Source of the DNA: Candidatus Saccharimonadota bacterium
GTDB lineage: Bacteria > Patescibacteriota > Saccharimonadia > Saccharimonadales > UBA10212
DNA: 64,000 nt
NCBI GenBank assembly: GCA_013815775.1
Contig: JACDFN010000002.1
Location: forward strand, 64,717-128,716
Direction of reading: 5' to 3'
The notes below the pieces were generated by a model. It made no database searches, was not told the DNA's origin, and worked only from the letters and a program-made list of their open reading frames with translations. Position numbers and translations under genes: made by a program. Positions 26,870 through 36,436 of this stretch are shown piece after piece (the first letter of the stretch is position 1; every line of letters starts with the position of its first letter).

Positions 26870-29800
26870 ATTAAGTTCGCCAAGTCATTCTCGAAAGATT
26901 TTATGCCTGGCATAGTGACGGGATAGCCAGATGCGTCGGGAAAGTCCAACTTCTGTATCTTTACCCAGACCGCCTGCACCAGCCTTTCGAACTTAGCCAT
27001 CTCTGTCGGCTCGTAGCTCAGCTCTAGTCGCGTGACTTTTCCTTCTTCGTTGGGCTCAACGAACTCTATAACGCCCTTTTCTATTTTGTATCCCTTGTAG
27101 GTAGAACTATTTTCTACTAAAAGCTTATAAAACATTAATTGCTGACGGAACTTATGACCTTTGGGTTCGGAACCGAACTTGTCCAGGGCTTTTCCGGTCT
27201 TGAAATCAATAACAGTTACCGTCCGTTGCTTGTGGTCGGCCACTAACCGGTCAATCTTTCCGCTCAGGTGCACACCATCTAAAACCGAAGACTCCTTAGC
27301 GAAGTTAAATTCGTACCTGTCTCTAGCAGATAAATCGCGGGCTCGCTGAGGTATCCAGATCTTCAATGCCTCCTTGCCCCTCTGTACCTGGCGTTCAAAT
27401 TCATTTTCTGTCAGCCAGGCTGGCACAAGTTCGGTAGAAAAATGGTTAAGTATTTCATTTTCTGTCGGAAGCTTACCAGTCCGCACCAACTGGTTGCCTG
27501 TCCAGCTTAAGGTCGCGTGCATGGCGCTACCGAAAGTTGAAGTTACGGTTGGGGCCCTAGGAAACCCAAGCAGGTTATGGATAAAAAAATCTTCAGGTCC
27601 GGCGTCAATCAAGTCCACAAACGCATTTAAGTGGGTGGCTGACAACTTGTAGTTATCCAATCGCTTTTCTAAGAGGTGTTTCAGCTTTGGTTTGAAAGGT
27701 GGCAGGTGTTTGTTTGTCCAGTAATCTCGAACCGCTTCGGGTTCCAGGAAGTCGGCATCGTTTTTAACGGGTTTTGGTCCTTCGGCCAGAAAGGATAGCG
27801 GTCGCATGGCTTTACCATCCAGGGTTTTTTCATAACTTGTCAGATAAAGTTGAGTTTTGGCGCGAGTGATAGCTACATAGAATAGTTTCAGCCGCTCGTT
27901 CTCACTCATTCCCTGATATCTTATTTGTTCTAGATTAGCCGGCAGCTTAACCTTTGCTCCTTGGCTACGGCTGGCACTGCCCCACACCTCGTCTAGGCAG
28001 GCCACCACGAACACCGCTTCAAATTCTTTACCCTTTGCGCCGTAAGCCGTAAGTACGTTAACGGCCTCGGCGTTTTCGAAGTAAGGGCTTCTATCCAAGA
28101 TATTAATATCAGCTTGACGATGGGCTTCTGTAAAATCAATGAAATCTGTTAGGTTAGCCGGTCGGTTGTTGGATCTTTGACGAATTCTTAGACTGGCACG
28201 CAGCAGGCTCAGGTTGCTAATTAAGTCCGTAAAATCTGCAGGATGCTGCATGCGGGAATCTTTACCGAAGTAATATTCGTATAATGGGCTTTTAATCGGC
28301 AGTTTTAACCTCTGCTTTGCTCCAAGCATGCCTATAAGGGCGTCAAGTTGCTCCTCCAAAGTCGTCAGGTTTAAAAGATCCTTCAGCCTTAGAAAGAACT
28401 TAGCAATGTCGGCTGTTTTCGAGTTTTTCAGCAGTAACGCAGTCCATGGCTGAACTGTCCTCTTGGCTTCCCAGCTGATTTCCCATAACTCTTCGGTCGG
28501 TATATTCCAGAAATCATAACTAAGTACCTCTGCCCATAAATAATTCGCAGCGTTAGTGCTTTGGTTGCTAAGGGTTACAACCAATAGCGCCATTTGTTCC
28601 AATTGTCGCAGCACTGGCTTATCAAGTACGTTCTCGCGCTTTTCGTAACTTACCGGCAGCTTTTGGGTAGCCAAATATGGAAGTATAGGCTTCAGATACT
28701 TGTGCTTAGGAGCTATTACGGCTATTTCGCTGGCTGGGATGCCCTGCCTAACTAGCTTCTTGATTTGAAGGGCGATCCATTGGTATTGAGCGGCGTCGGA
28801 CTTAAATTCCGGCAGAGTGATTTCCAACGGGTATTTCAGGTTTTTGTTGGCGGCCACGATTGTTTTTTCTATACCCTCAATAGATTCATGCAGTCGGTTG
28901 GTCATATTATTTGCAATCATTTCAGATAGGCTTACAAGCTGCGGATGAGCCCTGTAGTTCTCGGCTAACGAAATAACCCGTATCTCTCTATATAAATTGA
29001 TAAAGTGCGCCATATTGCCGTAATTAGCGCCTTGGAAGGCATAAATCGCCTGATCATCGTCCCCGACAGCCATGACGTTAGGCCGGCTTTCGTGCACCGG
29101 GTGGTCAGACAGTAATTCAATTAGCTTCATTTGGGCAGCGTTGGTGTCCTGAAATTCATCGAGCATTATGTATTGGTATCGTTCAGCTAAGCTGTATTTG
29201 AAGTTAGGATGGGCTTCCAGTACCTCAATAGCTCGTAGTATCATGTCGTCGTAGTCATAGAGCCGTCCGATAGCTAGGCGTTTTTGGTAATTCTCATAGA
29301 CAGTGGCTGCTGCTTGAAGGCGTTTATTTAGCCTTTGTCCGTCAACAACAAATCTCCCCTCCGTGTCCTTAGCCAGCCAGGCGTTTTTCCAGGCAGTTAG
29401 TGGTGTCGTCTTACCGTTTTGGGCATAATTATCCAGAGCATCCCCTAGGCTTTCAATAAAATGTTTTTGGAGCGGTTCTATACCTTCAAGGGGTTTCTCC
29501 GAGGCCGCAGCGGCCACATTCAATAAACTTTCGAAGAGTGATCCGCTATCTTTACTTATGCGGTTGGTTTTTGTCAGCTGTCCTAACTCATCTTTGGCCA
29601 ATTGTGTCAGGCCGGTAATAAATTTAATGTTGTTCTTAGCAATCGCTCTTATATGGGTTGGCTTCAAAAGCGCCCGCTTAGCCTCTGATATGAATTGCAG
29701 TAAATCTCGTTGGTAAAATTCGGCAAACTTGAATGGGCTAGAGTACGGTAGTTCTTCTATTACTGCCCGGAGGGCTGTTATTTGCCCCAGCTCGTCCAGC

Positions 29801-30141
29801 GGCTCGGCCTCCAGACCTTCAAAGTATTCCAGATTATTCCTTATTAACTCGCTGCCGAAACTGTGATAGGTAGTAATATTGACCTTGTAGCTTTCCTTTG
29901 GAATTAACGTGTCAAGGCGCTGCCGAAGGGCATCTACACCCGCATCGGTGAAGGTTAAGGCAAGAATGTTGCTGGGGTCGGTGTCGGTAGTGTTTAAAAT
30001 ATGGCCAATGCGGGTACCCAGTAGCTGGGTTTTACCAGTGCCTGGACCGGCAATTACCAAAACAGGGCCGTCAATTTCTTCGACGGCCTCAAGCTGTCGC
30101 TTGTTTAGGCTTCCAAAAGCCTCCTCAAAAGCTGTTTTCAT
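26866..30141 (-). CDS. UvrD/PcrA-type SF1 helicase fused to a C-terminal PD-(D/E)XK (RecB/AddB-like) nuclease
   Basis: 1091 aa. Walker A AGPGTGKTQ, DEFQDTN, YRAHPQ. C-terminal nuclease motifs GKIDRL ... VIDFKTGK ... QQLMFYKLL. Confidence 0.85.
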   Translation of the reverse strand: MKTAFEEAFGSLNKRQLEAVEEIDGPVLVIAGPGTGKTQLLGTRIGHILNTTDTDPSNILALTFTDAGVDALRQRLDTLIPKESYKVNITTYHSFGSELIRNNLEYFEGLEAEPLDELGQITALRAVIEELPYSSPFKFAEFYQRDLLQFISEAKRALLKPTHIRAIAKNNIKFITGLTQLAKDELGQLTKTNRISKDSGSLFESLLNVAAAASEKPLEGIEPLQKHFIESLGDALDNYAQNGKTTPLTAWKNAWLAKDTEGRFVVDGQRLNKRLQAAATVYENYQKRLAIGRLYDYDDMILRAIEVLEAHPNFKYSLAERYQYIMLDEFQDTNAAQMKLIELLSDHPVHESRPNVMAVGDDDQAIYAFQGANYGNMAHFINLYREIRVISLAENYRAHPQLVSLSEMIANNMTNRLHESIEGIEKTIVAANKNLKYPLEITLPEFKSDAAQYQWIALQIKKLVRQGIPASEIAVIAPKHKYLKPILPYLATQKLPVSYEKRENVLDKPVLRQLEQMALLVVTLSNQSTNAANYLWAEVLSYDFWNIPTEELWEISWEAKRTVQPWTALLLKNSKTADIAKFFLRLKDLLNLTTLEEQLDALIGMLGAKQRLKLPIKSPLYEYYFGKDSRMQHPADFTDLISNLSLLRASLRIRQRSNNRPANLTDFIDFTEAHRQADINILDRSPYFENAEAVNVLTAYGAKGKEFEAVFVVACLDEVWGSASRSQGAKVKLPANLEQIRYQGMSENERLKLFYVAITRAKTQLYLTSYEKTLDGKAMRPLSFLAEGPKPVKNDADFLEPEAVRDYWTNKHLPPFKPKLKHLLEKRLDNYKLSATHLNAFVDLIDAGPEDFFIHNLLGFPRAPTVTSTFGSAMHATLSWTGNQLVRTGKLPTENEILNHFSTELVPAWLTENEFERQVQRGKEALKIWIPQRARDLSARDRYEFNFAKESSVLDGVHLSGKIDRLVADHKQRTVTVIDFKTGKALDKFGSEPKGHKFRQQLMFYKLLVENSSTYKGYKIEKGVIEFVEPNEEGKVTRLELSYEPTEMAKFERLVQAVWVKIQKLDFPDASGYPVTMPGIKSFENDLANLI

Positions 30142-30219
30142 TAGGAATATTATCTCACGAAAAACTTCTACCTTCCTCTCAGCAAGCCCAGTAGATGACT
30201 TTTATTATTCTTGGCAACC

Positions 30220-30591
30220 TTAAGTAGGGCTAGCTTGGGAGAGGCTTTTGGCTGTCATTAAAACAAAAAATTCAATGTATAACCGGGCGTCGGGATCCGA
30301 CTTTAACTCTTCCGCACCTGTTTCACTACTAAACGAGGGCTCCAGTCCGTCTCGGTGCGATGAGCTTTTTAGGCTAATTAAATCCTTTCTATAACCGTTG
30401 TTGATAGTAATTGTAGGATTTCGAAGCATTACAGCCAGCTCAGACTCTGGGTGGGCCAGCCATAGTTCTTGGCAGGTTCCATCACGTTCATACCATGCCG
30501 AAACCCTAACCTCGTTGGGCTGACCTTCGTCAATCGCAACCTTGTAAGGTCTTTTGGATGGTTCGAAATGGCCGTCCATTTGTTCGAACAT
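30220..30591 (-). CDS. hypothetical protein
   Basis: 123-aa ORF. I checked the upstream frame: an in-frame stop lies about 75 nt above the ATG and there is no alternative start. No motif recognised. Confidence 0.45.
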   Translation of the reverse strand: MFEQMDGHFEPSKRPYKVAIDEGQPNEVRVSAWYERDGTCQELWLAHPESELAVMLRNPTITINNGYRKDLISLKSSSHRDGLEPSFSSETGAEELKSDPDARLYIEFFVLMTAKSLSQASPT

Positions 30592-30766
30592 GGCAATAAC
30601 CTCGGGATTGTTGGCAACCCGCTGAGCCCATTGCTCGTATCCTTCCTGGCCGGCATTGGCTTCCCTACCTTTTATATACTACCCGCTTGCTCATAACTTT
30701 CTATTTAAGAGGCTTACGAAAATAATGCAAGCATAAGCAATAACTGAAATTAAGAAACATCAAGAA

Positions 30767-31906
30767 TTAGTTGCGGAATAATATAGGGTTAAAGCGAATT
30801 ATTCTATCATCGTCTGGACTTGGCTTACCGCGGCCATCGGTATTTGAAGTGCTGATGTAAAGAAAACGACCACTGTCAGAGGCTACAGCCCGTAGCCGGC
30901 CGAACTCACCACGGTAGTGGTTTTTGAGACTAACATTATCGCCGCTGATAGTCGCTTCATAAAGAGACTCACCGCGCAGTCCCCCAAAGAATAGCGAACC
31001 GTCCAAGTATGCCAATCCAGCCGGCGCCCAAGTCTCGTTGGCGCCGGACTGAGCCACCGGACTTTCCATACCCGTTCCTTTCTGGTCGCCTTCTATGAGC
31101 GGCCAACCATAGTTAGAGCCCTTTTTAATTAAATTAAGCTCGTCAAAGCCGGACTCTAGGCCGGAACGCCCGTGCTCAGTGGCCCACAGGCGTCCTTTGT
31201 CATCCCAAGCAATACCCTGGGGGTTGCGGTGACCGTAAGAATAAACAGCATTACCGAAAGGATTATCGGCCGGCAAATTACCGTCACCTTTTAGACGCAG
31301 TATTTTACCGGCTAACGAGTTGGTGTCCTGGGCTGCATCCTCCTGGCCGGCATCGCCCGTAGTTATATACAGTAGTTTGTCCGGCCCAAATGCTAGCCGT
31401 CCCCCGTCGTGGTTAGGAGCACCGGTGATATTGTCAATAATCGTAAATTTTTCACTTAGGCCGGATTCGGAGTAACGGTAACGATCAACTCTGTTGACTA
31501 AACCGCCCCCGGCTTTAGTGGTTTGGTATATATAAATATAACGATTCTGAGCAAACTCAGGATGGATAGCCAACCCAAGAAGGCCGCCTTCGCCTACGTG
31601 TTCAACACCGGACACGTTGTAAACTTGATTGCTGCCACCTATTCTCTTCAATGTTCCGGAGCGTTCGGTGACTAGTTTATCTCCTCCCGGTAAGAAGGCT
31701 ATTTCCCACGGCACAGTTAGATTTTGAGCAACGGTTTGGGGAGGTTGGCTAGGATCCGATTTTAGTCCCTGCTCCAGCTTGGTTCCGGTTGGTTCAAAAA
31801 ATCTACGCTCGAAATAATTGCGGCTAAGGAACCCGGCTGAGCTCAACAATAATATCGTTGCTCCAATTAGTACTACTCTTCTGTTCTTTGAGATACGGTG
31901 TTTCAT
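30767..31906 (-). CDS. PQQ-dependent soluble sugar (glucose/sorbosone) dehydrogenase family beta-propeller
   Basis: 379 aa. N-terminal anchor/signal. GLLGLAIHPEF, HDGGRLAFGPDKLLYITTGD, GHRNPQGIAWD. Confidence 0.85.
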   Translation of the reverse strand: MKHRISKNRRVVLIGATILLLSSAGFLSRNYFERRFFEPTGTKLEQGLKSDPSQPPQTVAQNLTVPWEIAFLPGGDKLVTERSGTLKRIGGSNQVYNVSGVEHVGEGGLLGLAIHPEFAQNRYIYIYQTTKAGGGLVNRVDRYRYSESGLSEKFTIIDNITGAPNHDGGRLAFGPDKLLYITTGDAGQEDAAQDTNSLAGKILRLKGDGNLPADNPFGNAVYSYGHRNPQGIAWDDKGRLWATEHGRSGLESGFDELNLIKKGSNYGWPLIEGDQKGTGMESPVAQSGANETWAPAGLAYLDGSLFFGGLRGESLYEATISGDNVSLKNHYRGEFGRLRAVASDSGRFLYISTSNTDGRGKPSPDDDRIIRFNPILFRN

Positions 31907-31918
31907 ATATCTTGGTAA

Positions 31919-32506
31919 CTATTTTCTGTCAGCATGTTTACGGATGAACGCAGCTATAGAAGGCCCACCAAAGATTACAGCAAAAAATATCCCCGAAATG
32001 TGCCCAAAGCCGAATATTTTTCTATTAACTCCACTAAGTACTTGCGAATCGAATGGCGGGACGGTTCTATCTGCGGGGGTGTATAAAGATAATATACGCG
32101 CTCTCTCTGCTTCTCCGAGTTTATCTAGACTGCTCGCCACTAAATACATCGATTCTTTAAAAGCCGGATTAATTTTATAGATGGTACCTCCAATAGTTTG
32201 GGGGTTATGTATTTTACCGACAATAGATACCACAGCACCTAAATTTTTACGATTGGAATAAGCATTTAAAACAGCGCTGGCCCCAGCGCTGACACCAACA
32301 AGGGATACGGGGTGATCCTGCTGGCTAAGTTCGTCAATTTTACTCAACAAACGATCAATCTTTAAACTAAGCTTTTCTTTATCGGCCCACCTTAGCGGGA
32401 AGTAGTGAGGAGTTAAGCCATAAAGACGCCAAAGCTGGATGGCCAAATTTTGACCGTTCGGCGTGCGGTCTCCCAGACCCGGTACATAGATTACGTGATG
32501 CGTCAT
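31919..32506 (-). CDS. alpha/beta hydrolase (small serine hydrolase)
   Basis: 195 aa. VIYVPGLGD and nucleophile elbow GVSAG. Confidence 0.6.
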   Translation of the reverse strand: MTHHVIYVPGLGDRTPNGQNLAIQLWRLYGLTPHYFPLRWADKEKLSLKIDRLLSKIDELSQQDHPVSLVGVSAGASAVLNAYSNRKNLGAVVSIVGKIHNPQTIGGTIYKINPAFKESMYLVASSLDKLGEAERARILSLYTPADRTVPPFDSQVLSGVNRKIFGFGHISGIFFAVIFGGPSIAAFIRKHADRK

Positions 32507-32536
32507 CGGACTATCATACCAAAAATATTTTTAAGA

Positions 32537-33022
32537 TTATGCGCGCTCCCATACAGTAAATTCGTAGTCGTATTTATTGTTTTCGTCTTTTTTGTGCTTT
32601 TCTGAAAATGTCTGACGCCACCTTTGCTCATCAAATTCAAAAAATTTATCCCCTTCAATATTTGCAGATACCTTAGTAAGGTAAATCTTATCAACTTTCG
32701 TAAGCGCTTGACTATATATCTCTGCTCCGCCGATAATAAAGACCTCATTCGATCCGGCCACCGCTTTGAACGCATCACCTAGCGAATTTACAGCAGTAGC
32801 CCCTTCAGAGACTTGGTAACTTTTATCACGCGTAACAACAATATTAGTTCTGCCCGGTAACGCCCGGCCAATGGATTCATGAGTTTTGCGGCCCATGATA
32901 ATCGGGTGGCTCATTGTAGTTTTCTTAAAGTAGGCCAGTTCTGCTGGAAGGTACCACGGTAGACCTCCGGTTCTACCAATCACACCACTTTTAGCCGAAG
33001 CCACAATTATAGAAATAATCAT
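32537..33022 (-). CDS. folA: dihydrofolate reductase
   Basis: 161 aa. IVASAKSGVIG...GLPW, MGRKT, PGRTNIVVTR, FIIGGAEIY. Lies directly downstream of thyA. Confidence 0.9.
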   Translation of the reverse strand: MIISIIVASAKSGVIGRTGGLPWYLPAELAYFKKTTMSHPIIMGRKTHESIGRALPGRTNIVVTRDKSYQVSEGATAVNSLGDAFKAVAGSNEVFIIGGAEIYSQALTKVDKIYLTKVSANIEGDKFFEFDEQRWRQTFSEKHKKDENNKYDYEFTVWERA

Positions 33023-33029
33023 AGATTTT

Positions 33030-33947
33030 CTACACTGCTATTGGAGCCCATATTGCCGGGTGGGGGTCATAGCCAATTAATTCAAAATCGTCAATCGAGA
33101 ACCTGTCAATGGATTTAACCTTAGGATTAATTTTCATTTTCGGCAGGGGCTTGGGCTTACGAGACCGCTGCTCCTCTACCTGATTTAAATGATTAACGTA
33201 TAAGTGAGTGTCGCCGAAGGTATGAACAAAATCTCCTGGCTTTAGCCCGGTTACCTGGGCAAGCATCATGGTCAAAAGCGAGTAACTGGCAATATTAAAA
33301 GGAACGCCCAAAAACGTGTCGGCACTTCGTTGGTACATCTGGCAGCTAAGTTTACCGTTCGATACATAGAATTGAAACAGCAAATGACATGGGGGGATTC
33401 CAGCCTTAGCCATCTCTTCTATATCGGCTACGTTCCATGCCGATACTACCATTCGGCGCGAATCAGGGTTATTTTTTATTGTCTCCACAATGTTTTTAAT
33501 CTGGTCTATGTGCCCACCACGTGGAGTAGGCCAATTGCGCCACTGATAGCCATAGACAGGTCCTAGTTCTCCCCATTTCTTGGCGAACTCATCATCCGTC
33601 TTTATTTTTTCAGTAAACTCTTTAATCCCATTTTTCCATTCATGGCTAGCGGAATCAGGAACATCTTGCTTGCTAGTAATTAAATAATGTCTATATGGCC
33701 ACTCATCCCAGATATGGATATCGTTATCAACCAAATACTTTATATTTGTGCTGCCTCGCAAAAACCAAATAAGCTCGTGAATAATGCCGCGCATAAATAA
33801 CTTCTTAGTAGTCATTGCCGGAAAGCCTTGACCTAAATCGAAGCGCATCTGACGTCCAAAAACGCTAATAGTCCCCACGCCTGTACGGTCGGATTTTTTG
33901 ACTCCGTTAGTCTTAATGTCCTCCAACAACTCCAAATATTGCCTCAT
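33030..33947 (-). CDS. thyA: thymidylate synthase (ThyA type)
   Basis: 305 aa. DRTGVGT, WDEWP, active-site PPCH, DTHLY. Confidence 0.95.
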   Translation of the reverse strand: MRQYLELLEDIKTNGVKKSDRTGVGTISVFGRQMRFDLGQGFPAMTTKKLFMRGIIHELIWFLRGSTNIKYLVDNDIHIWDEWPYRHYLITSKQDVPDSASHEWKNGIKEFTEKIKTDDEFAKKWGELGPVYGYQWRNWPTPRGGHIDQIKNIVETIKNNPDSRRMVVSAWNVADIEEMAKAGIPPCHLLFQFYVSNGKLSCQMYQRSADTFLGVPFNIASYSLLTMMLAQVTGLKPGDFVHTFGDTHLYVNHLNQVEEQRSRKPKPLPKMKINPKVKSIDRFSIDDFELIGYDPHPAIWAPIAV

Positions 33948-34015
33948 CGTGCTATTTATTATAACCTCAAGCCGCAGCTTGCTTGTTGTATTTTACTCCA
34001 GTAAGCTTAAGAGTA

Positions 34016-35671
34016 ATGGACGATTTTAGCGAGGCTTTAAAAAACTCGGGCTTTGAAGGCGACATTGACTCAAGTGATATGACCCGGCAAGCCTACTCGC
34101 ATGATGCTTCGCTCTTCGAACTTATACCTCAGCTGGTGGTATATCCCAAGCATGAGCGGGACCTCCAGCGGCTGGTTTTAGAAGTTAATAAAAGCCGTCG
34201 TAAATTGCCTGGGCTTAATCTTACCGCTAGGGCTGCCGGTACTGACATGTCTGGGGGGTCTATTGGTGACTCTATCATTGTTGATTTTAGGCGTTATTTT
34301 ACCAAGATTAGTTCGGTAACCGATTCCTGGGCACACACTCAACCAGGTGTACTTTACCGCGACCTAGAAAAGCAAACACTAAAACATCACAGAGCCTTAC
34401 TCCCCAGCTTTCCTGCTTCGCGCGAGCTGGCTAGCGTTGGTGGGATGGTTGCTAATAACTCGGGCGGCGAAAAATCATTGCAGTACGGCAAGACCGAAAA
34501 TTTTGTAAAAAAGCTCGACGTAGTACTGTCTGATGGGAATGTATATAGCATGGGGCCACTAAAAACCGAAGAGTTGATTGCCAAAACACATCAGCAGGAT
34601 TTTGAGGGCCAAATTTACCGTCATATGTTCGGCTTGCTTGATAAAAACTACAAGAAAATTAAAGCCGCCAAGCCGAAAGTTACCAAAAACTCTACGGGTT
34701 ACAATTTGTGGGATGTTTGGGATAAAGAAGAGGGCGTCTTTGACTTAACTAAACTATTCGTTGGTTCCCAGGGGACGCTTGGACTAATAAGCGAGATTCA
34801 TTTTAGGCTTATTCAGGACAAGCCGCACTCCGGAGTGCTAGTTGCTTTCATGAGGGATATTAAACCCCTGGGTCAAATTATTAATGTAGTGATGGCTGAG
34901 AAGCCAGCCAGCTTCGAGGCATTTGATAACTACACACTAAAACTATCCATAAAGTTCTTTCCATACTTTAGAAAAACTCTGGGCTGGAAGGGTTTAATAA
35001 AATTGGGTTTGCAACTGATACCAGACGCCTTTATTCTGCTGGGCGGCATACCCAAAATGATTCTTTTGATTGAGTTTACAGGCGAATCAGCCGAAGAAGT
35101 TAACCGAAAAGTTAAGAAAATGCACCACATATTAAGGCCCTACAAGCTGGAGGCCATAGAAGAAGACTCAACTGAGGAAAAAGCATGGAAATTTCGAATT
35201 ATGCGCCGTGAAAGTTTTAACCTATTGCGTAAAAAAGTAAAAGACAAACACACTGCACCATTTATTGATGACCTGGTGGTACCTACCGTACACTTAGTGG
35301 AGTTTTTACCAAAACTGAGAGCTATAATTCAAAAATATAAACTGCTTGCAACTGTAGCCGGCCACATGGGAGACGGCAATTTCCACGTTATTCCATTAAT
35401 GAAGATAGAAAACCCCAAGGAGAGGGCCAAACTAGAACCGGTAATGCGTGAGGTCAACAAGTTAGTGCTGAGTTACGGCGGTAGTTTGTCTGGTGAGCAT
35501 AATGATGGAATGATTCGCGGTCCTTGGTTAGAGCAGATGTACGGTAAGGAGATGGTCGACCTGTTTCGGCAAACTAAACATATATTTGACCCAGACAATA
35601 TTTTTAATCCTCACAAAAAAACAGATGCCAACTGGGGCTACTCAATGTCCCACATAAGGAAAGAGTTTTAG
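34016..35671 (+). CDS. FAD-linked oxidase (GlcD / D-lactate dehydrogenase-like)
   Basis: FAD_binding_4-type N-terminus (LTARAAGTDMSGGS) and FAD-oxidase C-terminal region (GSLSGEHNDGM). The track ORF begins at a TTG (33983), so I prefer the ATG at 34016 (MDDFSEALK). Confidence 0.85.
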   Translation: MDDFSEALKNSGFEGDIDSSDMTRQAYSHDASLFELIPQLVVYPKHERDLQRLVLEVNKSRRKLPGLNLTARAAGTDMSGGSIGDSIIVDFRRYFTKISSVTDSWAHTQPGVLYRDLEKQTLKHHRALLPSFPASRELASVGGMVANNSGGEKSLQYGKTENFVKKLDVVLSDGNVYSMGPLKTEELIAKTHQQDFEGQIYRHMFGLLDKNYKKIKAAKPKVTKNSTGYNLWDVWDKEEGVFDLTKLFVGSQGTLGLISEIHFRLIQDKPHSGVLVAFMRDIKPLGQIINVVMAEKPASFEAFDNYTLKLSIKFFPYFRKTLGWKGLIKLGLQLIPDAFILLGGIPKMILLIEFTGESAEEVNRKVKKMHHILRPYKLEAIEEDSTEEKAWKFRIMRRESFNLLRKKVKDKHTAPFIDDLVVPTVHLVEFLPKLRAIIQKYKLLATVAGHMGDGNFHVIPLMKIENPKERAKLEPVMREVNKLVLSYGGSLSGEHNDGMIRGPWLEQMYGKEMVDLFRQTKHIFDPDNIFNPHKKTDANWGYSMSHIRKEF

Positions 35672-35673
35672 GT

Positions 35674-36123
35674 ATGGAACTTAGTAAAATTGATCTTAAG
35701 CTCATAGGCTGGTTTAGGCGCTTCTTTCAGCCCACTGCAAGAGTTGCCCTCTTTGTAATCTTTTTTTGGTTCGGCGCACTAAAGTTGTTTGACCTTAGCC
35801 CAGCGGGCCCGTTGGGAATAGCCCTGGTTGCTCAGACTTTTGGAGTGGACCATTTTAACTTTTTATATAAAATCCTGGCTGTCTATGAATGCTTAATTGG
35901 AGTATTGTTTTTGTTTCCTAAGTTAACTCGGCTGGTTATTCCGCTGCTACTGCTACATATGATAATTGTATCGGCACCACTCTTAATTGTTCCTGAGTTG
36001 GCCTGGACGGGGTATCTTGTGCCGACCCTTGAAGGACAATACATTATTAAAAATCTGGCAATAGTAGCTCTAGGAATTGGCATCGCAGCTCAAACCAACC
36101 CATTAGGTAAAAATACTAACTAG
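35674..36123 (+). CDS. small integral membrane protein (DoxX/DUF417-like, tentative)
   Basis: 149 aa, four predicted TM. Starts 2 nt after the oxidase stop. Confidence 0.55.
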   Translation: MELSKIDLKLIGWFRRFFQPTARVALFVIFFWFGALKLFDLSPAGPLGIALVAQTFGVDHFNFLYKILAVYECLIGVLFLFPKLTRLVIPLLLLHMIIVSAPLLIVPELAWTGYLVPTLEGQYIIKNLAIVALGIGIAAQTNPLGKNTN

Positions 36124-36162
36124 TATTCAGACCAATCCTAAACTTTCATTTTGCCTCAAGGT

Positions 36163-36429
36163 CTATTTCCTTGAAAAAGAACTTTCCAGAGCCAATTTCC
36201 TGTGTGCCAAAAAAATAAGGTAAGTAACAATAGTTAAATAAACCAATCCAACGGCACAGACGCGCAGAAGATTTACCTGCAAACTAAATATTAAGTATGT
36301 GCCAGTTACCAAAGTCGCAGCCACCAAGAATTTTGATAGCCTCAACGCGTTCTTAGAAGGGTTTAAGTATAAGTATCCAGCAGCTAATATACTGCTCAGA
36401 GCTACCCCAATATGAATAATAAGCATCAT
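36163..36429 (-). CDS. hypothetical 88-aa membrane protein (3 TM)
   Basis: Hydrophobic ORF 7 nt downstream of the 589-aa gene on the same strand. Confidence 0.5.
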   Translation of the reverse strand: MMLIIHIGVALSSILAAGYLYLNPSKNALRLSKFLVAATLVTGTYLIFSLQVNLLRVCAVGLVYLTIVTYLIFLAHRKLALESSFSRK

Positions 36430-36436
36430 AAAAAGA

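Noticed and set aside
30429-30656. 75-aa minus-strand ORF overlapping 30220..30591; possible frameshifted gene
   Set aside because: The two frames do not join into a longer sensible protein. The 75-aa translation is compositionally random, so I kept only the 123-aa ORF, itself at low confidence.
32503-32778. 91-aa ORF overlapping folA in another frame
   Set aside because: It is embedded in a clear DHFR gene and has a basic low-complexity translation.
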